DNA from: an uncultured virus (IMG/VR IMGVR_UViG_3300029258_003649)
Taxonomy: Duplodnaviria > Heunggongvirae > Uroviricota > Caudoviricetes
DNA length: 64,000 nt
IMG/VR virus record: IMGVR_UViG_3300029258_003649
Direction: 5' to 3' (one strand)
Under the pieces are notes generated by a model. That model ran no database searches. It was not told where the DNA came from and was given only the letters and a program-made list of their open reading frames with translations. Made by a program: the position numbers and the translations under genes. Shown piece after piece: positions 20,279 to 30,455 of this stretch (position 1 is its first letter; each line of letters starts with the position of its first letter).

Positions 20279-21352
20279 ATGGCGCGGTCAGACGCAATCA
20301 ATGTTCGCTCTCCGGTTATCTCTACAGCCTATGACGAGCTGCTCACTCGCAAGAAGCGAGCAATCGCCATGGATCAGGGAACGTGCGGGATGCTGCAGGT
20401 AACCCTGCTGCGCGAGGGCTATCCGATCAACCTCGAGGATCTGACGATCGCGACCGAGCCCGACACCAACCAGAACGTCGGCGAGCAAGACTGGGAGAAC
20501 TTCGGCTGGAACGACTGGGATACCTTCATGTTCATTGAAGGCCCGCTGATCGACCCGGAGTGCAGCCTGAGTCACAGCCACGAATCGTCCTGTGCCATCG
20601 AGTTGCCTGTCGTCAAGGTCCGCTGGCGGGAGGCCTCACTGATCGACAAGAACCTCTACCAGAACGAGGCCGTGATCTTCGATGCCGAGAAGGGCATCGT
20701 GCGTGTGGAGGTCCCGGAACAGATCTACACGAAGACCGGCATCTATCTGGTGAACTTCGGCATCTTCGAGCCGGGCGTGGACCCGGACACCGATACCGAT
20801 GCCTGTCCGGTGTGGCTGTACGAGGTCTACCTGTACGTCGGCCACAGCGCATGGCACAATCCGCAGCAGAACCCGCAGGTAGGCCCGCCGACCATCGACG
20901 ACGTGCGGCTGGGCCTCCGTGACGCCGACCCGCTCATGAACGAGCTGATCGACAACTTCGACTTCGACCTGACGGAGATCTGCTTCGCCGCCGTGAGGAC
21001 AGTCACCTTCTGGAACAACCAGCCTCCGCCGATCCTCGGGGCCACGTACTCCACCAAGAACTTCCCGTTCAGGGAGATCTGGCTGGCCGGCATCCACCAC
21101 TACCTGTTCGAGCTGGCCGAGGAGCATTACCGCCGGAACAAGCTGCAGTACAGCGCCGGTGGGGTATCGCTCGACGACAAGGCCAAGGCCCGCGACTACA
21201 ACCAGGCCTGGAAGGAACGGTTCCAGAAGTTCCGATCGCTCGTGATGCATCAGAAGGCCTCCATCAACATGTCCAAGTGCTTCAGCGCGTTTGGTGCGGG
21301 CTACGGATACGGCTACGGATATGGAAGGGCAGGTTATGGCTACCGCTGGTAA
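20279..21352 (+). CDS. Head-tail adaptor/neck protein with an N-terminal Ig-like part
   Basis: The C-terminal half ([35 protein letters not shown]) resembles myophage neck proteins; it precedes the tail genes. Confidence 0.6.
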   Translation: MARSDAINVRSPVISTAYDELLTRKKRAIAMDQGTCGMLQVTLLREGYPINLEDLTIATEPDTNQNVGEQDWENFGWNDWDTFMFIEGPLIDPECSLSHSHESSCAIELPVVKVRWREASLIDKNLYQNEAVIFDAEKGIVRVEVPEQIYTKTGIYLVNFGIFEPGVDPDTDTDACPVWLYEVYLYVGHSAWHNPQQNPQVGPPTIDDVRLGLRDADPLMNELIDNFDFDLTEICFAAVRTVTFWNNQPPPILGATYSTKNFPFREIWLAGIHHYLFELAEEHYRRNKLQYSAGGVSLDDKAKARDYNQAWKERFQKFRSLVMHQKASINMSKCFSAFGAGYGYGYGYGRAGYGYRW

Positions 21353-21785
21353 GACCAAGACGAAACGCTGTAGCAAGTGCAAGGAGTCGAAGCCGCTGAC
21401 GGAGTTCAACAAGAGCCGTGGCAGCAGCGACGGGCTGCACAATTACTGCCGTAAGTGCTGCCGCGTGCATGAGCGCGAATGGCGAGCAAAACATGGCAAT
21501 ACGCCAGAATACCGGGCGCGGTGCAGCGCAAACGAACGCAAACGCCGGTACGGTATAGACAACTACGACGAGCTCTTGGAGAAACAGGCTGGCGTGTGTG
21601 CCATCTGCGGTAACACGGAGACGGCTACCCTGCGCGGTAAAGTGAAACGTCTTGCTGTGGATCACGACCATGCGACCGGAAAGATCCGCGGCCTTTTGTG
21701 TAACAACTGCAACAACATGCTCGGACGGTCCCAAGACAATCCAGACACCCTGCGTAAAGCCGCCAACTACCTGGAGCAGGCATAA
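21336..21785 (+). CDS. Endonuclease VII-type HNH (homing) endonuclease
   Basis: CSKCKE..YCRKC then [26 protein letters not shown]; overlaps the end of the neck gene. Confidence 0.9.
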   Translation: MATAGKTKTKRCSKCKESKPLTEFNKSRGSSDGLHNYCRKCCRVHEREWRAKHGNTPEYRARCSANERKRRYGIDNYDELLEKQAGVCAICGNTETATLRGKVKRLAVDHDHATGKIRGLLCNNCNNMLGRSQDNPDTLRKAANYLEQA

Positions 21786-22603
21786 TGCCCAGAACTCGTG
21801 ACAACTACGGCGAGCCGTTCGATCGCATCTACGTGGACTATGCCCTGCGCTCCGGCGTAGCGCGTGTCACGTGGGAGCTCCGCGACGATTTCCTCTGGCC
21901 AGAGCCGCATTCGTTCCAGCTCCAGGCGAACCCCAACTGGGACGAGCCGGACGACTGGGAGGATGTCGGTGCGCCTGTCGTCAACCAGTTCTACGCCATC
22001 GACGATGAGCAACGGGAGTGCGGCAAGGGCCTGCGGGCGGCCTACCGCGTGGTCCTGACGACCAGCGAGGAGACGTACACGTCCGAGGTGGCCCAGACGT
22101 ACGGCAACATGACCAAGCGCCAGTGGCTGCTGGCCCGGGCCATGATGCGCCGGTTCCGCCTGCAATCCAGGCAGCTCGAGAAGTTCCCCGGCTACCTCAT
22201 GAAACGCAGGATCCACAATGCTGTATGCACAGAGTGTGTCCACCCCATCACGGGCGGCATCATCAACTCGGACTGTCTTGCGTGCAAGGGCACCGGCAAG
22301 GTCGACGGATACTGGAAAGCTGTGGAGGATACGCTGTTCGAGTGCGCCCCCGAGAACGAGGACACCAAGCGTAGCCAGCGCGGCACCGTCAATGACAACG
22401 TCATCGTGGGGCGGTTCATTGGAATTCCCCCGGTAAAACGGAACGACGTCTGGATCGAAGCAGATAGTGACCGAAGGTACGTCGTCAACTCCGTCCGCGG
22501 GGTGGCGGAGTTGCGACGCGTCCCCCTGATTGTACAAGCCGAGCTTCGGCTGGTAGAATTTGGTGACGTGCTGTACGATGTGGATCCAGAGGAGGGGAAC
22601 TAA
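21785..22603 (+). CDS. Head-closure/neck protein with Zn finger
   Basis: CTEC..CLACKGTGKVDGYW motif; located in the neck region. Confidence 0.6.
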   Translation: MPRTRDNYGEPFDRIYVDYALRSGVARVTWELRDDFLWPEPHSFQLQANPNWDEPDDWEDVGAPVVNQFYAIDDEQRECGKGLRAAYRVVLTTSEETYTSEVAQTYGNMTKRQWLLARAMMRRFRLQSRQLEKFPGYLMKRRIHNAVCTECVHPITGGIINSDCLACKGTGKVDGYWKAVEDTLFECAPENEDTKRSQRGTVNDNVIVGRFIGIPPVKRNDVWIEADSDRRYVVNSVRGVAELRRVPLIVQAELRLVEFGDVLYDVDPEEGN

Positions 22604-22732
22604 TGCCAGTACAAGGCGCGCCTGAGAAACTGCAGCCGCAAGAGCCGGAAGAGGCCCCGCGCAACCCGTTCCTGCTGCCGATAAGCATCAGACGCTGGAA
22701 ACCGCCGCAATATCTCATCGACATCTTCGACG

Positions 22733-23389
22733 ATGAGCTATCCAAACAGGAACGAGCAAATGCCGGAAGATTGGACCTCAACTCCTGATACGTTGTGCGC
22801 GCTGGGGCCCACGCCCCAGATCATGACTAGCCTGTTCCTCACCTGGCTGCGTGAGCATTTCTCGGACTCGGACAACATCGAGCACGCCATCTTCCGTGAT
22901 CGGTTGTGGGACTCCGAGGCCTGCGCCACCCGCGTCATGATCGAGGACGCGACGGTCTGGACGCCGGAGATGACCCAGCGCCGCCCGGCCCTGCTGGTCA
23001 AGCGGAACTCCTGGGAGCATACGAAACGCTTCACGTTCGACAGCCAGTCGGGCACGACCGAGGACGGACGCCCTACATACACCAAGCTGTGGCGGGGCAG
23101 CCACACGATCTTCGCCGTCTCCCCGGAAGGAGGGGAGTGCGAGATCCTTGTGGCCGAGACCTATCGATTCCTGATGCACTTCGGACCGATATTCCGGCAG
23201 TACTTCAACCTGATGAAGTTCGAGTTGCTGCAGGTTGGCGAACTCTCGATGATCGAGGAGACCAGCAAGGCCTACGCCTGCCCGATCACCGTCGCGTACG
23301 GTTGGCAGGAGAACTGGGCCATCCGACCATGGGGTCCCAACATCACCGACCTGCGGCTGTCGCAAATCTTCGAGACATACTACGGGTAA
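22733..23389 (+). CDS. Tail terminator/completion protein (putative; alternative start 22760)
   Basis: RPALLVKR motif; immediately precedes the sheath gene. Confidence 0.5.
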   Translation: MSYPNRNEQMPEDWTSTPDTLCALGPTPQIMTSLFLTWLREHFSDSDNIEHAIFRDRLWDSEACATRVMIEDATVWTPEMTQRRPALLVKRNSWEHTKRFTFDSQSGTTEDGRPTYTKLWRGSHTIFAVSPEGGECEILVAETYRFLMHFGPIFRQYFNLMKFELLQVGELSMIEETSKAYACPITVAYGWQENWAIRPWGPNITDLRLSQIFETYYG

Positions 23390-23401
23390 AGGGAGAGATT
23401 G

Positions 23402-25399
23402 ATGTTCAGTTTGTCACGGGAGCTGGTCCACAGCGAGGCCAAGGCCGTCGGTGCCGACATGCTCGACCGCCAGCAGGCCCTCATCGTGGGCGGGAACGCC
23501 CAACTCTATCGCTATTCTGTGGAAGACGAGCGTGCCCTGATCGGCATCGGCAAGTACGACTGCGACAACGGTACGGAATACCCGTACCCGTACCGCCCCG
23601 AGAACAGCGTCATCGACCAGCGGAGCGTCCGGCTGTACGCCGACAACGTCTACCTGCAGATCCACCAGGCATACGGCGGATTCACGCCGGACCAGGAACA
23701 TTACGATCGCCTGGTCACCGAGGACGAGTGCCTCATGGAAGACTGCGTTGTCGGCGCCGTCATCGATGTCAAGCTGGACGATCTGCACTTCAGCGCCAAG
23801 GTGCTGGGGCATGCCAAAGACGGAGACTACTACGCCCTGGTTCTTAGCCGAAACCTGCCAGCGCCGATGCGGGCCGCGGATCCTGCGAAGATGCGGTTCC
23901 GCGCCTGTGTCGTACGGCACGACATCGAGATCCCGGTCGAAGCGTTCGACGGCCAGGTCGACAACTGGTGCGCCCGCGCCGACCACGTCGTCGTTGGCGG
24001 CGGCATCTATCTGGCCGACAGCGGTTGGATCGACGACGGTGAGCCGCACCCGCTCCCGATCGTGGAGGCCGACCTCTACATCCAGTACAAGGCCTGGCGT
24101 AGCGAGTTTGCAGACACCGTCTACGCCCTGGCGGATGGCGAGGATCTCGATCTGATCCCCGGACAGGAGTCGCCGGCCAACCCGCTGAAGTTCGGTGTGA
24201 AAATGGCGAAGCTGCACTCTAATATCACTGCTGTCAAATTCATCGCCGTGCCGGACCCGGACGATCCGGCATCCTGGGTTGAGACCCTCCGGCGTGCTGG
24301 AAAGTTCCGGTTCTACAGCGTCGTGCCGATGACCACCGATCCGGCAGTCCAGGAGGCCGTGATACAGCTCGTAGACGACCGTTCCCAGGCCGCCACGGGC
24401 CGGGAGTGTGTCACGTGGCTCCCGCTGCAGGCGCGCGCTACCGTGGCTGTGGCGGACGCCTCGAACAGCGTGGACGGGGCGCCGCTGAAGGCCGTGGTCC
24501 GGGAGCAGCCCGGTGGTGGGGCCTTCCTGGTGGACGTTCAGGAGGGAAATGCGCAATTCCTGTCGCTGGGGGTCCAACCGGGCGATATCCTGCGTTACAA
24601 CGTCGGCGAAAATGGGTATATTGAATATGTCATCCACGCAGTCCTGAACGAGGACGCGGTGGTTGTCCAGGATAGCCAGGGCATCCAACCGTCTGACTTC
24701 GCCCACCCGGTCGAAGTCTGGAGGACATTGGATTCAGACGCAATGGCCGCGCGGGTCGCCGCGAAGGCCAAAGAGTATGGCAGCAAACGCGTCCGTGCCG
24801 TGTGGCCGGACCGTGCCATTGGTGGCGGGGTAGCATTCGACGGAATGTACGTGTGCGCAGCGCTCGCCGGACTCCGGTCCGGCTGCGCGCCGCACCAAAG
24901 TTTGGCCGGCGTAGAGCTAGCCGGCATCGACGAATTGCCAAGGACCGACGAGCTGTTCACGGAGGAGCAGCTCGAGATGTTGACAGACTTTGGAGTGTGG
25001 GTGGTCAGCGCCGACGACGGTGTCGCCCGCTCTCTACGAGGCTTGACGACAGCAGCGTACGGTGATCCATCGCAACACGATGAGGCGGTGGTCACCAACC
25101 TGGATTGTATCTGTGGAGCGCTGCGAGATGAGTTGAGGTCGACCATCGGTAAAGCGCATGGCGCGGGCCAGATCCAGCATCATGTCATCGCCAAGGCGCA
25201 CGGTCAACTCAACGCTATGTGCGTGACGAGATCACCGCGGGTGGGCAGGCAGCTGATCGACAAGACGGTTCGCGTCGTCCGTCGACACGCTTTCCTGAGC
25301 AACCGACTTGTGTTGAGCCTACGTCTCGTGGTACCGGTACCACAGGAACGTGGGATCACCGCTGGTAATGTCGAGGTGTACCAGCAGATTATCGTATAA
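23402..25399 (+). CDS. Contractile tail sheath protein
   Basis: About 665 aa; NPLKFGV and YVCAALAGLRSG..PHQSL motifs with a sheath-like C-terminus; directly before the tube gene. Confidence 0.65.
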   Translation: MFSLSRELVHSEAKAVGADMLDRQQALIVGGNAQLYRYSVEDERALIGIGKYDCDNGTEYPYPYRPENSVIDQRSVRLYADNVYLQIHQAYGGFTPDQEHYDRLVTEDECLMEDCVVGAVIDVKLDDLHFSAKVLGHAKDGDYYALVLSRNLPAPMRAADPAKMRFRACVVRHDIEIPVEAFDGQVDNWCARADHVVVGGGIYLADSGWIDDGEPHPLPIVEADLYIQYKAWRSEFADTVYALADGEDLDLIPGQESPANPLKFGVKMAKLHSNITAVKFIAVPDPDDPASWVETLRRAGKFRFYSVVPMTTDPAVQEAVIQLVDDRSQAATGRECVTWLPLQARATVAVADASNSVDGAPLKAVVREQPGGGAFLVDVQEGNAQFLSLGVQPGDILRYNVGENGYIEYVIHAVLNEDAVVVQDSQGIQPSDFAHPVEVWRTLDSDAMAARVAAKAKEYGSKRVRAVWPDRAIGGGVAFDGMYVCAALAGLRSGCAPHQSLAGVELAGIDELPRTDELFTEEQLEMLTDFGVWVVSADDGVARSLRGLTTAAYGDPSQHDEAVVTNLDCICGALRDELRSTIGKAHGAGQIQHHVIAKAHGQLNAMCVTRSPRVGRQLIDKTVRVVRRHAFLSNRLVLSLRLVVPVPQERGITAGNVEVYQQIIV

Positions 25400-25442
25400 T
25401 CGCCAGGATTGGCGAACTTGACCAACATGGAGGTTAAAGCCA

Positions 25443-25919
25443 ATGGCTCAAGACATTTTCTCCCGTGAAGTCACCTTTGGTGGTGCGTTCTCTGCTGACG
25501 GGGCCTCGCTGGCATTCGACGAATTCGGCGCTGGCTTGCTCGCTCAAAGCGTGCAATGGCAATACCAGCAGAACGTCACACGATTGTACGAGGTCGCGTC
25601 GAGCGACGTGTATCTCGTTGCCGGTCGAACCCAAGGGCAGGCAACCGTGCAGCGGGTCATGGGACCTGCCGCGCTTGCTGAAGCATTCTACGAAACCTAC
25701 GGCGACGTGTGTAACGCCGACACCAACACCCTGACGTTTACCGCCCAGGCGAACTGCGCCTCCGGTGGCGACACCGGTGATACGGTGACGATCGTCATGA
25801 ACTCCGTGGTCATCGTCGGCTACGGTGGGGCGGTGACGGCGCAGGACATGGTTGTCAACGAATCGCTGACACTGTTGTTCCTCTGGCTGACCTACGGAGT
25901 AGCCGCACCAGCACCGTAG
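25443..25919 (+). CDS. Tail tube protein
   Basis: 158 aa; GGAGG RBS; QSVQWQYQQNVTRLYEV; follows the sheath gene. Confidence 0.7.
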   Translation: MAQDIFSREVTFGGAFSADGASLAFDEFGAGLLAQSVQWQYQQNVTRLYEVASSDVYLVAGRTQGQATVQRVMGPAALAEAFYETYGDVCNADTNTLTFTAQANCASGGDTGDTVTIVMNSVVIVGYGGAVTAQDMVVNESLTLLFLWLTYGVAAPAP

Positions 25920-25936
25920 TGATCAGCATTGGTATT

Positions 25937-25962
25937 GGGGGCCCGGCATCAGCCGGGCCCCC
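25937..25962 (+). terminator. GC hairpin after the tube gene
   Basis: gggggcccggc ATCA gccgggccccc. Confidence 0.55.
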
Positions 25963-25995
25963 TAGGGCGTACTCAGCCCATAACCGGATAAGACA

Positions 25996-28803
25996 ATGCC
26001 ATCACCATTCAAGAAGATCAGGACCGCAATGGACGGGCTCGCCCGCCTTGCGCGTAACCTGGACTGGAATTCTCGTCTGCAGCCAGGCTCCGCCGCCGGA
26101 CAAAACCCGGTGTCTGACCCTGCCGGTGCGATCACTGCGCACAACACCGACCTGGCTGCCTCCAGCACGGTACAGTACGGCTTCGTCATCGACGCGCTGC
26201 CCAGCGTCCGCTGCTACCGTGTCCAACCCGAGAACGGCGGGCCTGTCATCGACTGCTCGCTCGGTATGCGTGGCACCGTCTCTCCGATGGGCTCCTACGA
26301 CGCCGACACCCTCATCGCCGGTACGCACGTCCGGTACGTCCAACAGAAGAACGACCCGACCGGCCTGATCGTCGCCATCGAACCGATGTACATGTACGAT
26401 CCGCGGCTGTTCTACGGCGACGTGATCTCACAGGGTTCCAACACCGGGCTCAACGTAGAGACCGGCTTCCACGAAGTCTTCCTGCTTGGCGGGTTCCAGG
26501 GTCCCATGTCCCTGAACGGCGGCGTCACCGACTATGCCGGCCGCACCCCGTTTGACAGCCTGGAGATCGGTGAGTTCAACCGATCGATGGAGACCGGGCT
26601 GATGCTCCACATGGACCCGTACATGGCGTTCATGCGTGCCGACGAGTGGTCCGGGCTGTGGATGTTCTACTGGGACGGCCTCGTCCGTCTGTCAGGGCAG
26701 AACTTCCAGCGGTGGACAAGCGGATCCGAGCTCGAGTCGTACGACGACGAAGGCGAGCACATGTGGTACAAGGGCATCGCCACGTACCCGTGGGAACACA
26801 TGGGCCAGCTCCAGGGTCCCGACTCCAGCGTCCTGCAGGAGCGTTCCGCCGACGTCACACAGAACACGGCGCCCTACTACGCCAGGTTCGAGCCGGACAA
26901 CGACGATCTGCAGCCGTTCCACCGGTTCCGCGAGTACGCTGGCTACCTCGGCCAGGGCCAGAAGAAGATGATGTGTGCGCCGCTGCAGACCGGCACAGAC
27001 TACCAGATGCTCTACAGCGACCAGGACTACGAGCCGATCGGTCTGCACGAACAGAACATCGACATGGCGGGCCACTGGTCGGTGCGTACGGCCTCCGGCA
27101 TCACCATCGCCAAGCGCCCGATCCTCCCGGTGCCGAAGCGCATCAGGGATGTGACGCACTACGCTGGCGACCAGCCGTCGACGTACAAGGCCTCGTCGCA
27201 GTACGGCTCGGGCTCCGCCCACAAGATGCAGCCGCTGCCGACCGTCGCGTCCGGCGAGTTCGCCATGTCCGCGGCCGCCACCGTCATGGATCACCACGCA
27301 TACCTGTTCAACTGGAGCAGCGCGCACCCGTTCCATTACCACAGTGACGACTACTACTACCCAGAAGAGTCGGGATACGACCACATCTCGACGAACCAGG
27401 AGATTCCGACCTGGGGCGATCTCAACGTGGACACCTCATGGTATCTCGGCGACCCGTCGTATAACTCGTACACGCTGGATCACCGGTCGGACAACACCAA
27501 GAACATTTACCACAGCACAGCCTATCTCACGCTGTTAGAGGAAGGCGGCGTGCTGCTAGGCGACGGTTGGGGCTCTGAGATCCGGATGTCGAACGGCTGC
27601 ATCTTCATCGACGCGCCGGGCGATATTTTCATGTCCTCGGGCCGTAACCTTATTGGGTGGGGTGGTCGTGACATCTGCTGGCGCGCCTGGAACTGTGTGG
27701 ATGTCACGGCCAACGAGAAGGACGTGCGCATCAAGGCCGAGAAGAACTGCTGGATCTTGGCTGGCAACAGCGAGGCCACCGGCGAGAGTCAGGGCGGCGT
27801 CATCATCGAATGCCGCGCGGACGGTCCGCCGAAATACGACTTCTACAACAACACCGGCGAAGACGTTGAGGCCAACGGGATCATCTTCAAGGCGCTGGGT
27901 ACTGAGATCATCGGCTGGGCGGAGAGCATCTACCTGCGTACGCGAGGTCCGGCTGTCGACTCCAAGTCGGCTGGCGACTCGGGTACGGCCGAAGACCCGC
28001 TGCCGAAGGTCGGCGACATCACGCTCGACGCCTACGGCAAGGGTGATATCGTCACGCGCTCCAACTTCGTGAAGCACTTCGTCCACTGCGCTGTGGCCCA
28101 TATCTTCCCGGATACGGCTGGCAGCACGGTGCACTTCTTCACCGAGGACGGGGTCACGCTCGGCGGCGACGTGTACACCGACGGCGACCTGCTGTCGTAT
28201 GGGTCGCACCTGGCCAAGGGCGACTTCCTGACACCGGAAGGCCACCACTATTCGACGTCAGGCGGTCTGGTCGGTAAGCTGACCACGGCGAGCGCCGGGA
28301 ACATCTCGGACGCCATCGACCAAGGGCACCAGTACGAGATCGCGCTGATCGCCTGGGGCGTCAGCAGCTACGCCAAAGATATGACCCGTATGTGGTACGG
28401 GACCTCACGACCTGGTAAAAATGATGTGATCTCCAGCGTGTGGGTCCACTTGCGGACCGAGGAAGACTACAAGTCGGATGGGTTCTTCCTGTACGAATCC
28501 CGCTGGCAACAGATGGCCCGGCTCGGTGGCAGCTCGGGCACGCAGACCTGGACCGAGAACTACGTTGAGGCAAACCAAGCACACGGCGATATCACGAGCG
28601 ATGAAACCTACCCGTTCCCGGGTCGCGATCGGTTCCAAGAGACCGGAAGCGGCAGCCGGACATGGTTGCAGCACGATCTGAAGCTGTACAACATGAGCAC
28701 CGGGCAGGCAGCGGACCGAGGAAGCACGTACGAGTCGCCGGTTACGCTCAACAGCCTCAACGACGTGAAGCTCGACGGTAACTACCTAATCATCGGAAAG
28801 TAA
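25996..28803 (+). CDS. Baseplate spike/hub protein (gp5/VgrG-like, putative)
   Basis: OB-fold-like N-terminal region and a beta-helix-like segment (DGWGSEIRMSNGCIFIDAPGDI); located in the tail module. Confidence 0.5.
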   Translation: MPSPFKKIRTAMDGLARLARNLDWNSRLQPGSAAGQNPVSDPAGAITAHNTDLAASSTVQYGFVIDALPSVRCYRVQPENGGPVIDCSLGMRGTVSPMGSYDADTLIAGTHVRYVQQKNDPTGLIVAIEPMYMYDPRLFYGDVISQGSNTGLNVETGFHEVFLLGGFQGPMSLNGGVTDYAGRTPFDSLEIGEFNRSMETGLMLHMDPYMAFMRADEWSGLWMFYWDGLVRLSGQNFQRWTSGSELESYDDEGEHMWYKGIATYPWEHMGQLQGPDSSVLQERSADVTQNTAPYYARFEPDNDDLQPFHRFREYAGYLGQGQKKMMCAPLQTGTDYQMLYSDQDYEPIGLHEQNIDMAGHWSVRTASGITIAKRPILPVPKRIRDVTHYAGDQPSTYKASSQYGSGSAHKMQPLPTVASGEFAMSAAATVMDHHAYLFNWSSAHPFHYHSDDYYYPEESGYDHISTNQEIPTWGDLNVDTSWYLGDPSYNSYTLDHRSDNTKNIYHSTAYLTLLEEGGVLLGDGWGSEIRMSNGCIFIDAPGDIFMSSGRNLIGWGGRDICWRAWNCVDVTANEKDVRIKAEKNCWILAGNSEATGESQGGVIIECRADGPPKYDFYNNTGEDVEANGIIFKALGTEIIGWAESIYLRTRGPAVDSKSAGDSGTAEDPLPKVGDITLDAYGKGDIVTRSNFVKHFVHCAVAHIFPDTAGSTVHFFTEDGVTLGGDVYTDGDLLSYGSHLAKGDFLTPEGHHYSTSGGLVGKLTTASAGNISDAIDQGHQYEIALIAWGVSSYAKDMTRMWYGTSRPGKNDVISSVWVHLRTEEDYKSDGFFLYESRWQQMARLGGSSGTQTWTENYVEANQAHGDITSDETYPFPGRDRFQETGSGSRTWLQHDLKLYNMSTGQAADRGSTYESPVTLNSLNDVKLDGNYLIIGK

Positions 28804-28812
28804 AGGAAAATC

Positions 28813-30060
28813 ATGGCCAAAGACACCCCACGACGACGTTTCCCGCTCCCGCCCACTGCCGAGCAGCGTAAGGCCCAGGCTGCCGCTGCTGCTTCCGTCG
28901 GCGCGGAGATGCCTCCGCAACGCCCCGGCAAGATCCTCGGCAAACTGCCGGTGGATGCCGTGCGCGGAGCTGAAGACCTCACAGAGGACGAACGTGTCCT
29001 GCTGGCGCACGCCGGCCACCAAGCTGGCGATCCAGTCCCGGACCTGTCCACTACCGCAGTCGGCCGCAGGCTGGCAGCGCAGGCCGCGCAGATCGAGCAG
29101 GAGGCCTCCGACCTGGCCGGGTTGACGCCGGTAGATCCGCGCACGCCGCCTATCAAGATGCCCGAGCCAGTCCCGATCGAGGAGCTGCCCGAAGCGGAGC
29201 AGCAAGCGCTGGCTGCGCGGATGCTCGAGATGCAGGAGCTGCAGGTACAGCTGGCCGCCGCCAAGTCGCAGAAGAGCGCCGAAGCCGCGGCCAACGCCAT
29301 GCCAGCGTCCGTGGCCAGCGCGCCCGGCGGCTTTGCTGCAGTGCAGCACGCACGGCAGGCGGCAGCGCAGCAGCAGGGCAAGCTCACCATCACCGACGAC
29401 CTCGGCGATCGGAGCAAGCCGGGCTTCTCGCTGAAGCAAAAGCCCGCAAAACCCGAGGTTCCGTCGGATCCGGAGCCTGAAATTTATTCACGTGAAGAAA
29501 ATTCGGAGGCCGGCGGCGCGGTGCCCGAGGATTACGCCGTGATCTGCCCGCGCTGCTCGTTCGATCTGAACACGGACCTGAACGAGCCGACGGACGCCGA
29601 CAAAATCGCCTTCGTGGCCTGCATTCTCGGCGGTGAGCACAGGTTCACGAAGGAGTACTCGTTGTTCGGCGGGAAGATCAAGGTGGTGTTCCGGGCACTG
29701 AAGCCGCGCGAGGTCGACACAGCGATCCAACAGGCCGACATCGACCTGCAGGCCGACAAGATCGTGAACCTCGTCCAGTACAGCCGGGAAATCGAGCGGT
29801 ACAAGCTGGCTGCTGGCATTGCTGTCATCGCCCGGCAGGGCCACACGGAGCTTGAGTTCCCGGAGATCGGAGCGCTCGAGTATGATGAAGAGAACTTCGC
29901 CACTCCGGTGGCTGCAATGGACGACTACCTGCACAACGAGGTGTTCACCACGGACAGCCTCCGGAAGGTGATCTACAACGCCTGGGCCGAGTTCCTCGGC
30001 ACCCTGGCAACGCTTGAGGCGAAGGCGGAAGACCCGGATTTTTTCTCCGGGATCGCGTAG
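28813..30060 (+). CDS. Tail assembly chaperone (G-like) with a long Ala/Pro-rich N-terminus and CPRC motif
   Basis: Ends ..AEDPDFF over a slippery site, upstream of the tape measure gene. Confidence 0.6.
   Translation: MAKDTPRRRFPLPPTAEQRKAQAAAAASVGAEMPPQRPGKILGKLPVDAVRGAEDLTEDERVLLAHAGHQAGDPVPDLSTTAVGRRLAAQAAQIEQEASDLAGLTPVDPRTPPIKMPEPVPIEELPEAEQQALAARMLEMQELQVQLAAAKSQKSAEAAANAMPASVASAPGGFAAVQHARQAAAQQQGKLTITDDLGDRSKPGFSLKQKPAKPEVPSDPEPEIYSREENSEAGGAVPEDYAVICPRCSFDLNTDLNEPTDADKIAFVACILGGEHRFTKEYSLFGGKIKVVFRALKPREVDTAIQQADIDLQADKIVNLVQYSREIERYKLAAGIAVIARQGHTELEFPEIGALEYDEENFATPVAAMDDYLHNEVFTTDSLRKVIYNAWAEFLGTLATLEAKAEDPDFFSGIA
30039..30045 (+). promoter_or_regulatory. Programmed -1 ribosomal frameshift site T TTT TTC
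   Basis: X XXY YYZ heptamer; the -1 frame is open (FFLRDRVACLMIQ..) into ORF 30066-30455. Confidence 0.75.
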
Positions 30061-30065
30061 CCTGT

Positions 30066-30455
30066 TTGATGATTCAGGCGGCCTGTGAAGGCATGATCGA
30101 TTTCCGACAGGCCGATCTACGAGATCCCTGGTGGTGGCGGAAGCTTAGAGTAGTCATCGATTACGTTGGAAGACAGGTGTCAGCCAAGTTGGCGGAGCAC
30201 AAGTTCCAGTTCAACCTGGCCGTACTGAGTTACCTGACGCATAGGGATACGCTCGAGATGCACTGGGACTCAGCAGAGATGCTGCGGTCCCGGCTGTGTC
30301 GTAAGCTCGCGCCCTGGCTTAAAGTTGGACCCGAGGACGTAAAGGAGACGTTGAAGGAAATGCGTGACCGCTACATCGAAACCTGGGGCGATCCGAACGA
30401 TCCTACTTACCAGGCGGAGATGCAGCGCCTGATCCAGCACTGGAGGACTAAGTAA
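30066..30455 (+). CDS. Tail assembly chaperone T-like segment (frameshift extension)
   Basis: In the -1 frame relative to the upstream ORF, with no clear RBS; abuts the tape measure start. Confidence 0.65.
   Translation: MMIQAACEGMIDFRQADLRDPWWWRKLRVVIDYVGRQVSAKLAEHKFQFNLAVLSYLTHRDTLEMHWDSAEMLRSRLCRKLAPWLKVGPEDVKETLKEMRDRYIETWGDPNDPTYQAEMQRLIQHWRTK

Noticed and set aside
22603..22788. 61-aa ORF between the neck genes
   Set aside because: It is coupled and preceded by a purine-rich RBS-like stretch, so it may be real, but it overlaps the next gene and has no recognisable features. There is too little support to list it.
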